DNA of 35,516 bases from Octopus bimaculoides (taxonomy: Eukaryota). Made by a program: the position numbers and the translations under genes. The notes under the pieces are model-generated. The model worked only from the letters and a program-made list of their open reading frames with translations. It searched no databases and had not been told where the DNA came from. Every line of letters begins with the position of its first letter. The stretch's first letter is position 1. The stretch covers positions 142,595,052-142,630,567 of the forward strand of contig NC_068983.1 in assembly GCF_001194135.2 (NCBI RefSeq). The letters are read 5' to 3'. Below, piece after piece: positions 9,988 through 22,100 of the stretch.

Positions 9988-10654
9988 GAATCAAACAAAT
10001 ACGTTATGTAGGCGCAGTTTGGCCGAATGGTTAAGAATGTTACTTTGTAGTCACGAAGTCCCTATTTCAATGCCATTGCGTCATATCTTGAGCAAGTGTT
10101 CTTTCCTGTAGCCTCATGTTTTATGAATAAAACTGAGTAGTCGTTGAGAATAACTCGCTAAAACTTTTTTCATGAAGGACACTTGAAAGAGACGAGTTGA
10201 TGCAACTCCGTCAGAATACATTTTAAAACCTACGCTCTTTATCCCTTTCACCGAGAAACGATATTGCTTCATATATGTAAAAATTTACATGACATGCTTT
10301 GAATCGTAAAATAAAATGCATATTTTCTATTTTTGATAAGAGCTTAACAAGAGCATTACGAAGTGCTCCCAGGTGCAGAGTGTAAGGATACCACTAAATT
10401 CAAGTGGTATGATGGGATTGTAAGTTTTAAGTAAAATACTTAGAAAATGAATTAAGTTGTCTGTTGAAATACTAATGACACCAAAAAAAAAAAAAACTAT
10501 AGAAATTCACTTAAAAATAAAGAAGTAATCTTAGTCTTCCTCCTTAATGCATTGTATTGGAAATCAATGTGGAAAGAGTCTCAGAGTAGTTGTAAATACA
10601 AGCTTTTCGGCAATCTTTCCTGTAAGTTCATAGACCTAATACACTGCCGACTTC

Positions 10655-10685
<31 letters not shown>

Positions 10686-10999
10686 CAGATGTGTGCGTGT
10701 GCATATGTGAATATGTGTGTATACAAGTGTATATGTGTGTGGTTTGTGCGTGTCTTTCGCAAAATTAACAAACTTTTGCAGGAAAAGAACTATTGGTACT
10801 TTACGAACTTGTTTCTTGAGATATTTGTTCAGTATCAAGTCAGACACTCCCTTATAACTCGCCGACAAAAATGCAGTTTTTGGTTCAATAAACACGAATT
10901 ACAACATAAAATAAATGAAATATGTTCCCCCTAACTTTTCTTTGCTAGGCTATTTTCGAACCATTTAAACACTTCCAGAATTTTTAGGCGACATCTAAT

Positions 11000-11328
11000 G
11001 AAGGTTTCAAATTTTGGTACAAGACCAGTAGTACTGAGGGTGGAAGGAAGAGTCGATTGTGTCGACCGTAATACTTGATTGGCACTTATTTCATCGGCCC
11101 CGAAAAATAAAAGGCAAAGTTGACCTAAGCAGAATTTGAACTCAGAACGTAAAGACGGACGAAATGCTGCAATTTTGCCTGGCGTACTAATAATTCTTTT
11201 CTACTCTTGGCACAAGGCCCGAAATTTTGTGGGGAGGGGTCTCCAGTACGCAACTGGTACTTAATTCATTGACCCCGAAAGGATGAAAGGTAAAGTCGAC
11301 CTCAGTGGAATTTGAACTCAGAACGTGA
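11000..11328 (-). mobile_element. Two adjacent SINE family B partial copies (11000-11195, 11196-11328)
   Basis: Each contains the reverse-complement core aaaggcaaagttgacc/aaaggtaaagtcgacc...atttgaactcagaacgt. Confidence 0.85.
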
Positions 11329-11744
11329 TTATGAGTATATGGTTAAGTATGAGTATATGGTTGAGTATATGGTTAAGTGGTGGATTTCATGCCTCTCACT
11401 GATATATTATTAGTCCAGCTTACATGATGGTTTACCGAAATTTTATCTCTGAATAAAAATGCTTATTATACGGATTTTACCGTGTACATACAGTGTCTTT
11501 GATCAGGCGAAAGGACTATCTTAGATTACAAGCAAAGGAAAGTTGGGTTGCTTATGGTTTTCCTTATATAAGTTTGTATCGATAAAATACTTTAACTGAG
11601 AATTTTGCCCCTCGGCGGCTCCATCAAATGTTACCACAAGGTGATTGCCGTTGAAAAAACACACACACACACAGACACACACACACACACATATGTAGAT
11701 GAATATGTTGAGTATACACCCACGGTCTTTAACTTTTAACTAGC

Positions 11745-11769
11745 GTCTCTTTCTCTCTCGTTTCTTCTT

Positions 11770-11862
<93 letters not shown>
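11745..11862. repeat. (CT)n microsatellite
   Basis: Direct reading. A purine-rich (GA) counterpart lies at about 12020-12120. Confidence 0.95.
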
Positions 11863-13254
11863 GATTCAGCCTCTCACCACAACCCCTCGCTTGCTTCTTT
11901 CTTTTGATTTTATAACTTTTCCTCTCTTTCCCTTCTTGTTTCCTTAATGACTCATCCTCCCAAATAAGAAAAATTCATTTCTGTCTGTATATGTTTGTGC
12001 TTGTGTGAGAAAGAAAGTAAGCGAGAGGGAGAGAGAGAGAGGGGGGAGAAAAAGAGAGGAAGGGAGAGAGATCAAGAAAGAGAGAGAAATATATAAAGAG
12101 TGTGTGAGAGAGAGTGCTTGTGTGTGTACGTGTTTGTATACGTATGTGTACGCATGTGTATGTGTACGTGTGTTTGTTTGTTCATGTGTGCGAGTATTAT
12201 CTTTTAAGTTTCGATATCTAAATACACAGTCATCTGTCCGTGCTAAGCATGAATGGAATGGCCAACTTCCCACGTAGACTCCACCGATAACCCGCCCAAC
12301 TTCTTGGAAGTATTACTAAAACGTCTGAAACTTGTACATCAGCAATACATGTCTGGCAATGTTCCTCTTACCTCCACTTGGTGACAGAAAGAAGAATTGG
12401 ATTCCTACATACGAAAAGAACGAGCCAATTACACAACTGACTACACGGTCACCCAATCTGTTTGTTATTGCCACTAAAACCCACCTTACTGTCTTAAATA
12501 AAGAAACTCATCAAGATCAATGAGAATATACGAAAATTTGAGATGGTCACTATTTGATCTGCATTGATCATATGTCTGCTCAGTGCGAGTTGATACGGGA
12601 CTAAACATCAAGAAGATAAAAGTCCAGCTTCCATATACTATAATTTCAGAATGATATGTCACCCAACTGCGTAGGTGACAAAACTCCTGCTCAACTTCAC
12701 GAGCTTTGTTCAATCAGATATTGCAACTCTGGGCCAGACGTCCCTATCATCCTTCGATGCTCATTTTTAGTGCATTAAAGTATATAATATAGGCCCAACT
12801 TCGCATATAGGACCCGGATGAATTTTTGAAAACATTTTTTTTTCTTTTGATAAAAATTGCATTTTATACTCCATCAAACACGGTATATTATAGAAAATAA
12901 TTTGAAATTGAATACAAGCAAATCTCAAGTGCTCACGTAATTTTCATTTACAACTCAGTTGTGGTCCAATAATTCTAGTAAACAAATCTACCTTCGGAAA
13001 GGCAATGTTGGCCTTGACAAGACTTCAGCTCAGGACCTGTTGATACGGAACTAAATACTAACACAAGTCCACGGTCATACATTTGAAAGAAATGAATAGT
13101 CTATTAAATTAATCTCTATACTAGAGTAGTGTTTACGGAATTGACCACCGATGAATATAACTCAGATCTTAAAAAGAAGTCACTACATACTCATCCCTGG
13201 TATATTCATCCCTGCACTCTCCTATTTGAGCAGCTAACTTGCTGCTCAACTAGC

Positions 13255-13445
13255 CAACGATAGCACCTCTAAGTGGTTGCTGTAATTACTAGAAACAGCA
13301 GCCAAATCTCCCTTAAATTATCCCCTACTATCTTGAAAAATGCTCTCGGTACACTATCTTTGGAAATGAGGTGCGATAGCCATGGATGGAATACCTTTGA
13401 TAATAGTTCTGCTTCATCAAGGCTGATCTGAGCAAAACACAAGAC
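13255..13445 (+). mobile_element. Interspersed repeat fragment (SINE/LINE-tail-like)
   Basis: ggttgctgtaattactagaaacagcagccaaatctccc...ggaatacctttgataatagttctgcttcatcaaggctgatctg resembles a repeat tail I recall from octopus sequence. Only one copy in this window, so not internally verifiable. Confidence 0.45.
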
Positions 13446-14399
13446 TCATAACAACTCGTTGCTCTGTTGCATGAAGGTATTAAAATATAGGGATAAAAGT
13501 CATCTATGATCAAAGGCATCCCAGCCTTAGCCATACTGCTTTTTATGGATATTTAGATCTACGTTCTCGAATGTGTCCTCCCGTATTTAACAACGCGTGA
13601 TTCACGGAATATTTGGCTGATATTTCTAGAAGACAGAACAATGAGCTCGTATGACAACGGGTTATAAATGAGCTAGATTTGATAGGTATCCCTCGAAGAT
13701 GAGAAAGATATCCGCTCACTGGGGTGGATTCCCTTTCTTTAATGTATTTAACATAAAACAGACTGTTGCACATAATCCTCCATATTTATAACCACTGCTG
13801 AGATCCAATGGCAAGACAAAGACGATTGGGAGAGTTTGTCTTCCTCAGACAATGTATTATCGTAGTACTGTATACAATTATAAGACACAACCCATTCACG
13901 TGTATAATTATGATAATCAAATGAATGAAAACAACATTATATAATGAGTGAATTATTAAAAGTTATCTGAATTAAAATTATGATAATTGTCAATTAAATA
14001 TTTGTTTATTTATTTAATTCTTGTTATGAGGGAGATCAAAATTCATCTAACGAACAACACACTGTCTTGCTTTTTTCAGGTCAAGTAATTCCGTATCGAT
14101 TACTAATATTGACGAAATTACAATACATACCTCTACAATTCTATAATGACAGAAGCATTCATCACTCAATTAACTGTGATTAATGAAGACAGCTCAGATG
14201 ACAAGTAAACCCTCTTTTTCTGTTACATCAGATCATATAAGATCATTGGAATATAAGAAAAAGCGGTACCTACCACTGCTAAGGTTAATGAAGCTTCAAA
14301 ACGAGGACACAAACATTTTTAAACGAATTTCCCAAGGATCATTTGGACCATACATTTCCTGTGATTTTAATGATACATAAATAAGATGGGAGAGAACAT

Positions 14400-16090
14400 T
14401 TGTGTGACTGATGATTTTGTAGCAAATGCAAAATGGTGTTTTCCTATTTCCATGTCGAGTAACGAGTAACCTACAAACTGGTGATTATTACATAAATTGT
14501 TTTATTATGCTTTTGTTCTAAGGTGTTAGAGAATAGACTAAATCTTTGAAAAAAATTTACAATGTTCACTGGATGTTACATTTTTAGAGTGTAAGAACTG
14601 GCGTTTAGGGGCAAAAACTACCTTGTCAGTGATCCGAATGTGATTTCTTGGTAATTTCGTTACACCTGCGTTACAAATAAATGTTTAAGCAAAAGACCAC
14701 AAGTTATAAAGGAACACATGCAAGCTCATTATTTATCACCCGATAATCAAAATGCGTTCCTTAATTGTTTTGCCGATTAAGTTGGAAACGTTATTGTAAC
14801 AGACTGTGAGTATGCAAGATATTACAGCATAATTCTGGATGCATGTCTTGATTCGCCACATCTAGGACAAACTGCATTGATGTTGTGATATATTTATCTT
14901 GATAAAGTTACAGGCCAATGTGAAATAAAAGAAACCTTTCTTTATTGTATTGACTGTAATCAAAAGACGAACATGCTGCCAAATGAATACTTAATAGTCT
15001 AAAAAAAACATATTCCAATCTCTGCCTGTCATGATCAAAACGCTGATAACGGGTGCGACATAGTAGGTCGCTTTAATTGTTGTCAAGCAATTATAAAACA
15101 GTCCAATCTAATTGCCTCAATGAAGAATTAATGCAGCTGCAAACTGCAATAAAGTTGCTACACTCTTTAGATTTGTTCATAATAGTCCTCAACGATAGCA
15201 AATTCTAAAATAATCTGTGTAGTGGCTTCCCTGTATGGTATCCCCGATACTCGATGGTCAACGATAGTTAAAATTGTTAAACCCTTCGCCATTTTCATTC
15301 TTTACCTATAAAAAGCAATTAACCTTTGCTTACATTGAATCTAAAACCGTAAAAGTGATGTATGTACGAGTATACCACGGAGTACAGGTTTATAGTAGAA
15401 GTACTTTGGGCCAAGTGAAGGCGCATAACCTAGGGCTTGAGTGTTTGGCTCATGAGCATAAGGTCGTGGGTTCCATTCCGCAACCAAACAGTGCAGTGTG
15501 TCCTTAAGCAAAACACTTTATTTCACCTTTCTCCATTACACTCATGATTACCGACTGAGTACTAGTGTAGTGTCTCCCTTCCTCCACCAGTCATATGTCC
15601 CTGTCGACCTGCAAGCATATAGCAACTAAAATAATTAGATAAAGGCAACAAAGCACATAAGAAACTAAAATAATTAGAAAAAGCATGCGAAAGTCATTCC
15701 TGATTCCGAGTGACACCCGTAGTTTTTACTGTGTGAATACATATCCGTATATCATATGACAGGAAAATTTAAATATCCATTTAAAATTAATACATGACTC
15801 AATAATGTCTCAAACTCCCGATTCTTCCAATTAAATTATTACACATTTACTGAGCTACATCTCAAAAATATTTTTCCAAATGTAATTATAGAACTGCAGA
15901 TTTCTTGCACCATACCAATAACAGTTGCACAAGCTGTGAAACTTCTTTCAGCATTTTAACTGTATCAAAATTATTATGAGATCAACAGTGAATCAAGATA
16001 GGTTATCGAATCTTCGAATCTTAGCAACTGAATCATTTCTTGCACGTTGTAATTGATATCTTTGCGAGTTGAATAGACAGAAAAGTCCCT
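14400..16090 (+). pseudogene. Decayed hAT-superfamily transposase (ZMYM1/DUF4371-like catalytic region to C-terminal dimerisation domain), interrupted by a SINE
   Basis: HYLSPDNQN...ARYYSIILDACLDSPHLGQTALML*YI...IKETFL (~14720-14945); DQNADNGCDIVGRFNCCQAIIKQSN (GQGYDNG motif); SPQR*QIL; DTRWS; and at 15873-16050 FPNVIIELQI..TIPITVA / SCETSFS / MRSTVNQDRLSNLRILATE (the SCERSFS..RST..Q.RL dimerisation motif). Confidence 0.88.
15421..15545 (+). mobile_element. SINE family C fragment nested in the hAT fossil
   Basis: ggtcgtgggttccattcc...gtgtccttaagcaaaacactttatttcac matches the 29208-29540 copy. Confidence 0.75.
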
Positions 16091-16324
16091 TTGTAATTAA
16101 TATTATATAATATGTTTGATTTAGTAAACTAATTTTATTTATATATCCTGACTTTCTATCGTCTTTCTCTTTCCTATAAAATGCCTACAACTCCGATTCC
16201 AGCTTGATAACGTTCTACCAGGCTTGAAATGTTCTATCAGTTTACTATTTTCTAACAGTCTAATATATATATATATATATGATGGACTGACACGTCGTTA
16301 GACGACGTATGAGAGTTCGAACAA

Positions 16325-16695
16325 CCACGGATGCCATTTTCGTGTTTTGCGATGATTTCTTTCTTCGCTTCAACTGTTTTTCTATCAACTTTTCTTTTTC
16401 CTTTACCAGTATCACTGCTAGATTCCTTTGGAGCCATGACTAAAGGTTAATGAAGAGAAAAAAAAGGCGCAATATAATAAAACTGGAAAAGAAAAGCACA
16501 GCACAACACATGAATGTATACAACACGGTGGTCGACTCAGAAATTATTCCGTTCAGGCTAACTCAGTTCGGCTCGGTTCGGTAATGCTGTTCGAGAACCG
16601 AAATTTTGTTCAATAACCGAGGCATTTTTATCTCGAATATTCTGTTCGAATATTTTGTCCGACATGTGAGACGTTCGAGAACCGAGGTCGCTCTG
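16325..16695 (-). mobile_element. Tigger/pogo element 5' end (TIR + transposase N-terminus)
   Basis: Minus strand starts TA|cagagcgacctcggttctcgaacg (Tigger-like TIR). ORF 16252-16437 MAPKESSSDTGKGKRKVDRKTVEAKKEIIAKHENG is a typical pogo psq-HTH start. Confidence 0.78.
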
Positions 16696-17091
16696 TACAT
16701 ACATTATATATAGAGAGAGAGGGGGAGAGAGAGGGGGAGAGAGANNNNNNNNNNNNNNNNNNNNNNNNNNNNNNNNNNNNNNNNNNNNNNNNNNNNNNNN
16801 NNNNNNNNNNNNNNNNNNNNNNNNNNNNNNNNNNNNNNNNNNNNNNNNNNNNNNNNNNNNNNNNNNNNNNNNNNNNNNNNNNNNNNNNNNNAATAAGAAA
16901 ATGGAGGGGATCAATAGGTGGTATTCATCAACTTTTAGACATTATATTGTCAATTTATTTATTTGCTAAAAGGACAATCATAACAATATACATACATTTA
17001 TAACATATCATGATTTACATATATAATATATAAAGTATAAAAATATCAGTAATTATTAAAATATATAACATAGAGCAATAGAAATTGGGAT

Positions 17092-17221
17092 AATATCTTA
17101 CAGCTGTTTCAGCCAAGAGGCAATAATACCTCATTCTACTTTTATCCCTCCAGTGGACTGAAGTAGTTAGTAGATGAAATTGAAGTACTTGGGTGTTTAT
17201 CTAGGCTTCGTCAGAGATTTT
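17092..17221 (-). ncRNA. Complete type-I hammerhead ribozyme motif with an ~83-nt loop II insert
   Basis: Minus strand: aaaatct CTGACGA agcctag...cttggct GAAA cagctg TA agatatt. All core positions are canonical; stem I 6/7 bp, stem II 6/7 bp, stem III palindrome ACAGCTGT. Confidence 0.82.
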
Positions 17222-17539
17222 AGAAAGTACACAAGGTTAAGTTATAAATACACACATATATACATACTTTTACATATACATATATATATACATAAATATA
17301 CATAAATACATATACCTACACTTAAATGTACATGCATATGTGTATGTATATGCATACAAATGAATCAATTATTATTATTATTATTGTTATTAGATGCATT
17401 ATATTATTCATATTAGATCAAATATAAACAGAAGTATGAGAAAGTTATCATAAGAGGAGTAATATTGTAATTTTATAAAATCAATATATCTTAAGATTAT
17501 TTTAGTTATGTAAGAATGAAACTGTATATACAAGAGGAA

Positions 17540-17569
17540 TACACATATACACACACACACACACACACT

Positions 17570-17667
<98 letters not shown>

Positions 17668-18120
17668 NNNNNNNNNNNNNNNNNNNNNNNNNNNNNNNNN
17701 NNNNNNNNNNNNNNNNNNNNNNNNNNNNNNNNNNNNNNNNNNNNNNNNNNNNNNNNNNNNNNNNNNNNNNNNNNNNNNNNNNNNNNNNNNNNNNNNNNNN
17801 NNNNNNNNNNNNNNNNNNNNNNNNNNNNNNNNNNNNNNNNNNNNNNNNNNNNNNNNNNNNNNNNNNNNNNNNNNNNNNNNNNNNNNNNNNNNNNNNNNNN
17901 NNNNNNNNNNNNNNNNNNNNNNNNNNNNNNNNNNNNNNNNNNNNNNNNNNNNNNNNNNNNNNNNNNNNNNNNNNNNNNNNNNNNNNNNNNNNNNNNNNNN
18001 NNNNNNNNNNNNNNNNNNNNNNNNNNNNNNNNNNNNNNNNNNNNNNNNNNNNNNNNNNNNNNNNNNNNNNNNNNNNNNNNNNNNNNNNNNNNNNNNNNNN
18101 NNNNNNNNNNNNNNNNNNNN

Positions 18121-18183
<63 letters not shown>
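17540..18183. repeat. (CA)n-(TA)n-(TG)n compound microsatellite spanning gap 17668-18120
   Basis: Direct reading. Confidence 0.95.
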
Positions 18184-18186
<3 letters not shown>

Positions 18187-18894
18187 TTAAGGTTAAAGTG
18201 ATATTACTAAGGGGATATTATTTAATATAATACATATGAGAGATAAGTTGTTACAAATTTATTTTAAAAACATTATATAACATTACGGGAATGTTATTTT
18301 AATTTAATGCATATGCGAGATAAGTTATTACAAATTTAGTAAAAGAACCCTTATAAAATATTACATGTATAAGTCTAATTAGGGGAATCATTAACATATT
18401 TACTAACTTATATGGGTACTATATGGTTAAAAATACATGCCGGAAGCCAGTTGGACCAAACTCAAACAAGGGACAAAACATCAAAAGTGACCGTATATAT
18501 CGTGTCAACATGTCGTTAATCGCTAAAATTTCGCCCTAAATTCCTTCTCCGAATCCTCACATATCCTTTATATATAACTATACCTACATATTACCAAATT
18601 GTAGTCATTATCGCTATGAATATATTCAAAATCTATTATATGACAAATTGAGAGATTGTTAGGGTTTCACAGATAGATAGAAAGATGGAGAGAGAGAGAG
18701 AAAGAGCATCAAATTAGAAGTATTTGATTACAAGTTTCTTTGGTAATAAGTAAGAAACGACACAATTTCATGTCCCTTTGAAGTTCTATATTCTTGCTAT
18801 GGCAGGATATTAAATATTTCGAATAACTGTCGTGATTCAGGAATGAATTTGAATTAATTCCACCCAAAAATTATATTCAACTCAATGACCTTAC

Positions 18895-19032
18895 CTTCCT
18901 GTTCTGCGCCAATGCAAAATATTTTTTCGTGACCCCCTTTGTAATTGCACCAGAGAAAGTGTAAGCGATTGCAGCAGTCAGGTCTTCAACATCTTTCGAC
19001 TTGCTCCACTCTTTAAAATGTTGATTAAAGTT
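18895..19032 (-). CDS. Candidate 138-nt phase 0-0 host exon (NFNQHFKEWSKSKDVEDLTAAIAYTFSGAITKGVTKKYFALAQNRK), product unknown
   Basis: AG at 19034-19033, a stop-free 46-codon frame and the donor AAG|GTAAGG. The acceptor lacks a polypyrimidine tract, and the sequence could instead be a TE remnant. Confidence 0.3.
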
Positions 19033-19635
19033 CTATATCTCAGGACATCATACCCCACCGTATGTATGTACGTATGTTTGTGCTGTAATGTCTGTCGATG
19101 TGTGTGTGAGTGTGTGTGTGTGTGTGTATGTGTGTGTTGGTGGGTGTGTGACCTAAAAAAATTTTTTAATTGCATTTCATGATTTCAAGTTTCACGATCT
19201 GGAAAATAAGTACGATTAAACGAAACTCATGTGAAGTAATATCCCTCACTGCAACTAATTATGAAATAAGGATTTGCAATAGAGATCAAAACTTCCGCTG
19301 GTGCATGAGCCGTTTAAGTTATGCTAAGGCTTCCATTTCTTATGAATTATTAATAGTTTAGGTTGAATTACTTTCCTTGAAAAGTCCAAATTTGTAAAAA
19401 GCTGAAATCTTGAGATAACAAAAAAAACTCGCTTTCAAAAATATGCTTTCAGTTGTAATTTCTTCAATTATTCCTATCCTGCTCAACTTAGATAAATAAC
19501 CCCAACCTATTAATGATAACTATTTGTCCCCCTTACCAAAACTTAACTCAGCTGCGCGCAAACGGAAATTTTGATCACCATTTCAGATTACTTTCATAAG
19601 TAGCAACAAGAGATATTATTTGACGTTTATTTCCT

Positions 19636-19695
19636 TTATTTGTCTGATGAGCCCGAGGAAACTGTTCTGTAGCATGAAACTTGAAGTATGAAATA
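19636..19695 (+). ncRNA. Degenerate hammerhead motif
   Basis: tatttgt CTGATGA gcc...gcat GAAA cttgaag TA tgaaata. Core and GUA are intact; the proximal stem I and stem II pairs are broken. Confidence 0.45.
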
Positions 19696-19799
19696 TAATC
19701 TTTGATATAATATCCAAACAATGGAATATAATTATCTCAACTATATTTTTGAATACTCTGACCCTTTCGTCTAATAACCTGCAATCTACAATGTGTGTG

Positions 19800-19840
<41 letters not shown>

Positions 19841-22100
19841 GATCCAGTATGGATATGCATGTATATAGTTGTGTATGCACATGTATATGGTTGTGAATGT
19901 ACACCCGGATAGCAGCATAGGTGTATCTGTGGGTCTGTAGATAAATGTATGTATGCTTGTTTGAACGTGAGTATAGACAGGTACTGATAGGAATACCTCA
20001 TTACCTTTGTCTACCAATGATATGTTACTCCATACTCCTATTAGGAATATTCTACATAAACCTAGCTTATGCACTGAATCTAAGAACCACTCACGAACCT
20101 TTTAGAAAACACACGCAAGACTAGTTTCTCGTACTTACCAGCACTAAGTAATTGAAATGCACCCTAACACTCAACATAAAAGTCTAGCACACTACCCCCA
20201 CAATAGCAGATATATCCCCCAACTTAGGTAACAAATATAAACTCTCATGAACAATCAGATAATAGAATATAATATAATATACTATAGCTAAACTACCCGA
20301 TACATCGAAACCCATAGATGCCTACATCCCATAGGTGACACTTTTATCTAAACACATACACCCCCAATTGCCTCTAGAACTGATATAACTTCTTCCCTAA
20401 AACCCAAATAGGGCAGTATTCCACTACTAAATTAATTAATTTGAAATGCATGGGTTACCCACCTTTAATCCCACTCAGATAACACTGTAAAAAAAGTTTC
20501 CGATAATTGTATATATCCATGTAAACACTTTCTTTTAACAACCTTTTTTAAAAAAACACACAATTAACACTATAACACATTACCACTCCTTAAACACTTA
20601 ATATTTAATATTCTATACATTACTAGTATAAGTTTAGCACTGAATAACTACAGGTAAGCACAACAACAAGATACATACCGTCCTTGTAAATTAATTAGCA
20701 CTCGTCCGGTCTGGTCCATTTTGTCCCTATTTATGAATCCTCCTTCTTCTGCCTTCCGCCAGCCATAGATCCCTTATCCAGCTCCTATATTACTATAATA
20801 CTAGTCGTTTAACCATATACAGTAGATTCCCCCGATAGATAGATATATGTTTTATATTTTTATATTCTTTTCTTATTTTTCTTTTGCTGTCCTATAGGAT
20901 TCTCTTCCCATAGTTTTAGCTGCTTCAGTTATCTTACGTATTTATTTGTTTTATTAGTTTTATCTCGCTCGTTTACTTGCCCCTGCTGGCCATTGCTTTT
21001 TTTTTTTTTTTTTTTTTTTTTTGTTAACCATCAACGAACCAGATCCACGTCATTGTTTTCAAATAAGACCTGATCAATTAGGTTGTAGGACTGACCATTA
21101 CCCCACCCCACTACACATAGGAATTTCGAGTTTTGTTGATCGGCAAAAAAGTAACAAACACTAACATCGCACTTTGGCCTTACCTGGTTCCTTTCTCTCA
21201 TTGATACGCTCATGTACCAAATCCCAAGATGGGTGCATCACAAGTTGCTTATGCCATACCCTCTGCAACGTTACGCCTACTAACTAGCACTTTAGACATA
21301 AACGTTCACCTCCGTAACACGGACCATACCATCAAACCCACCACTGAAGTCCTATGGAAACATAATGTGAACTACTGCCTAAAATTACCCTTCCTGTAAA
21401 AACTCCTCCTGAGAACGACTATATTCACCTATCCACCACTGGGTGAAATAACATGGATCTTATAATACATCACGGGAAGTCTGTATCTTATTTCTCCTTG
21501 CTATGCCCAAATCATTATACTATGATGTACTTCACTTGTATTCTCGTACTTGTTCTTATTCTTACTCTTATTCTTTTTCTACTCTATTTCAAAAAGGCAA
21601 ACACACTCTAGCTAGTATTAATTTTTATATGTGTTAGCCGCCCCCAACCACTTAGAGCCTCTGAAGAAGCCTAGGAGTACATTCATTATCCGAGCCTTAT
21701 CTTCTCATCCCTGCGTAACACTTTTTTTTTTTGTGATGTCCTGTACCCATATGTGCATGTATGTATACATATAGATGTATTCGTTTATATTTATATAAAG
21801 GGCATTATTACAGAAAAGTAATAACGCCACACAGTGGATGTTATGTTTCCCTCGGGTGACTCGCAGAGATAACACAACGAGTTATACAATTTAATTATTA
21901 CATTTATTGTTCAATTACATACAAAGAACGCACTCACCCAATGTTCGTTATGAATAAACAAAAGTCATGTCCGCCATATATATATCAATGACATTCTACT
22001 ACGACAGTCCCACAAGACAACAACAATGAAACAATGAACTCGGACGAACCACATGACACACGGAACGTCAGACGAATTACATATCTAACAGTCCATATAA

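Noticed and set aside
11333-11378. Short tandem repeat (gagtatatggtt) x3
   Set aside because: An ordinary local duplication with no spacers, so not CRISPR-like.
12245-12790. Plus-strand decayed-ORF-like frame (MEWPTSHVDSTDNPPNFLEVLLKRLKLVHQQY...), with a gttgatacgg(g/a)actaaa word shared with ~13038
   Set aside because: Several stops and no family motif I can recognise. Needs tblastx.
13540-13745. Plus frame YGYLDLRSRMCPPVF... with only TGA stops
   Set aside because: Possibly an old TE fragment, but no identifiable motif.
14406-14430. CTGATGA words here and at ~32046, 32723, 34315 and 35029
   Set aside because: No matching stem II, GAAA, NUH or stem I. Chance heptamers.
19981-21720. NUMT hypothesis for the G-poor block
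   Set aside because: Reading TGA as Trp still leaves many TAA/TAG stops, and no mitochondrial protein, rRNA or tRNA motif was recognised.
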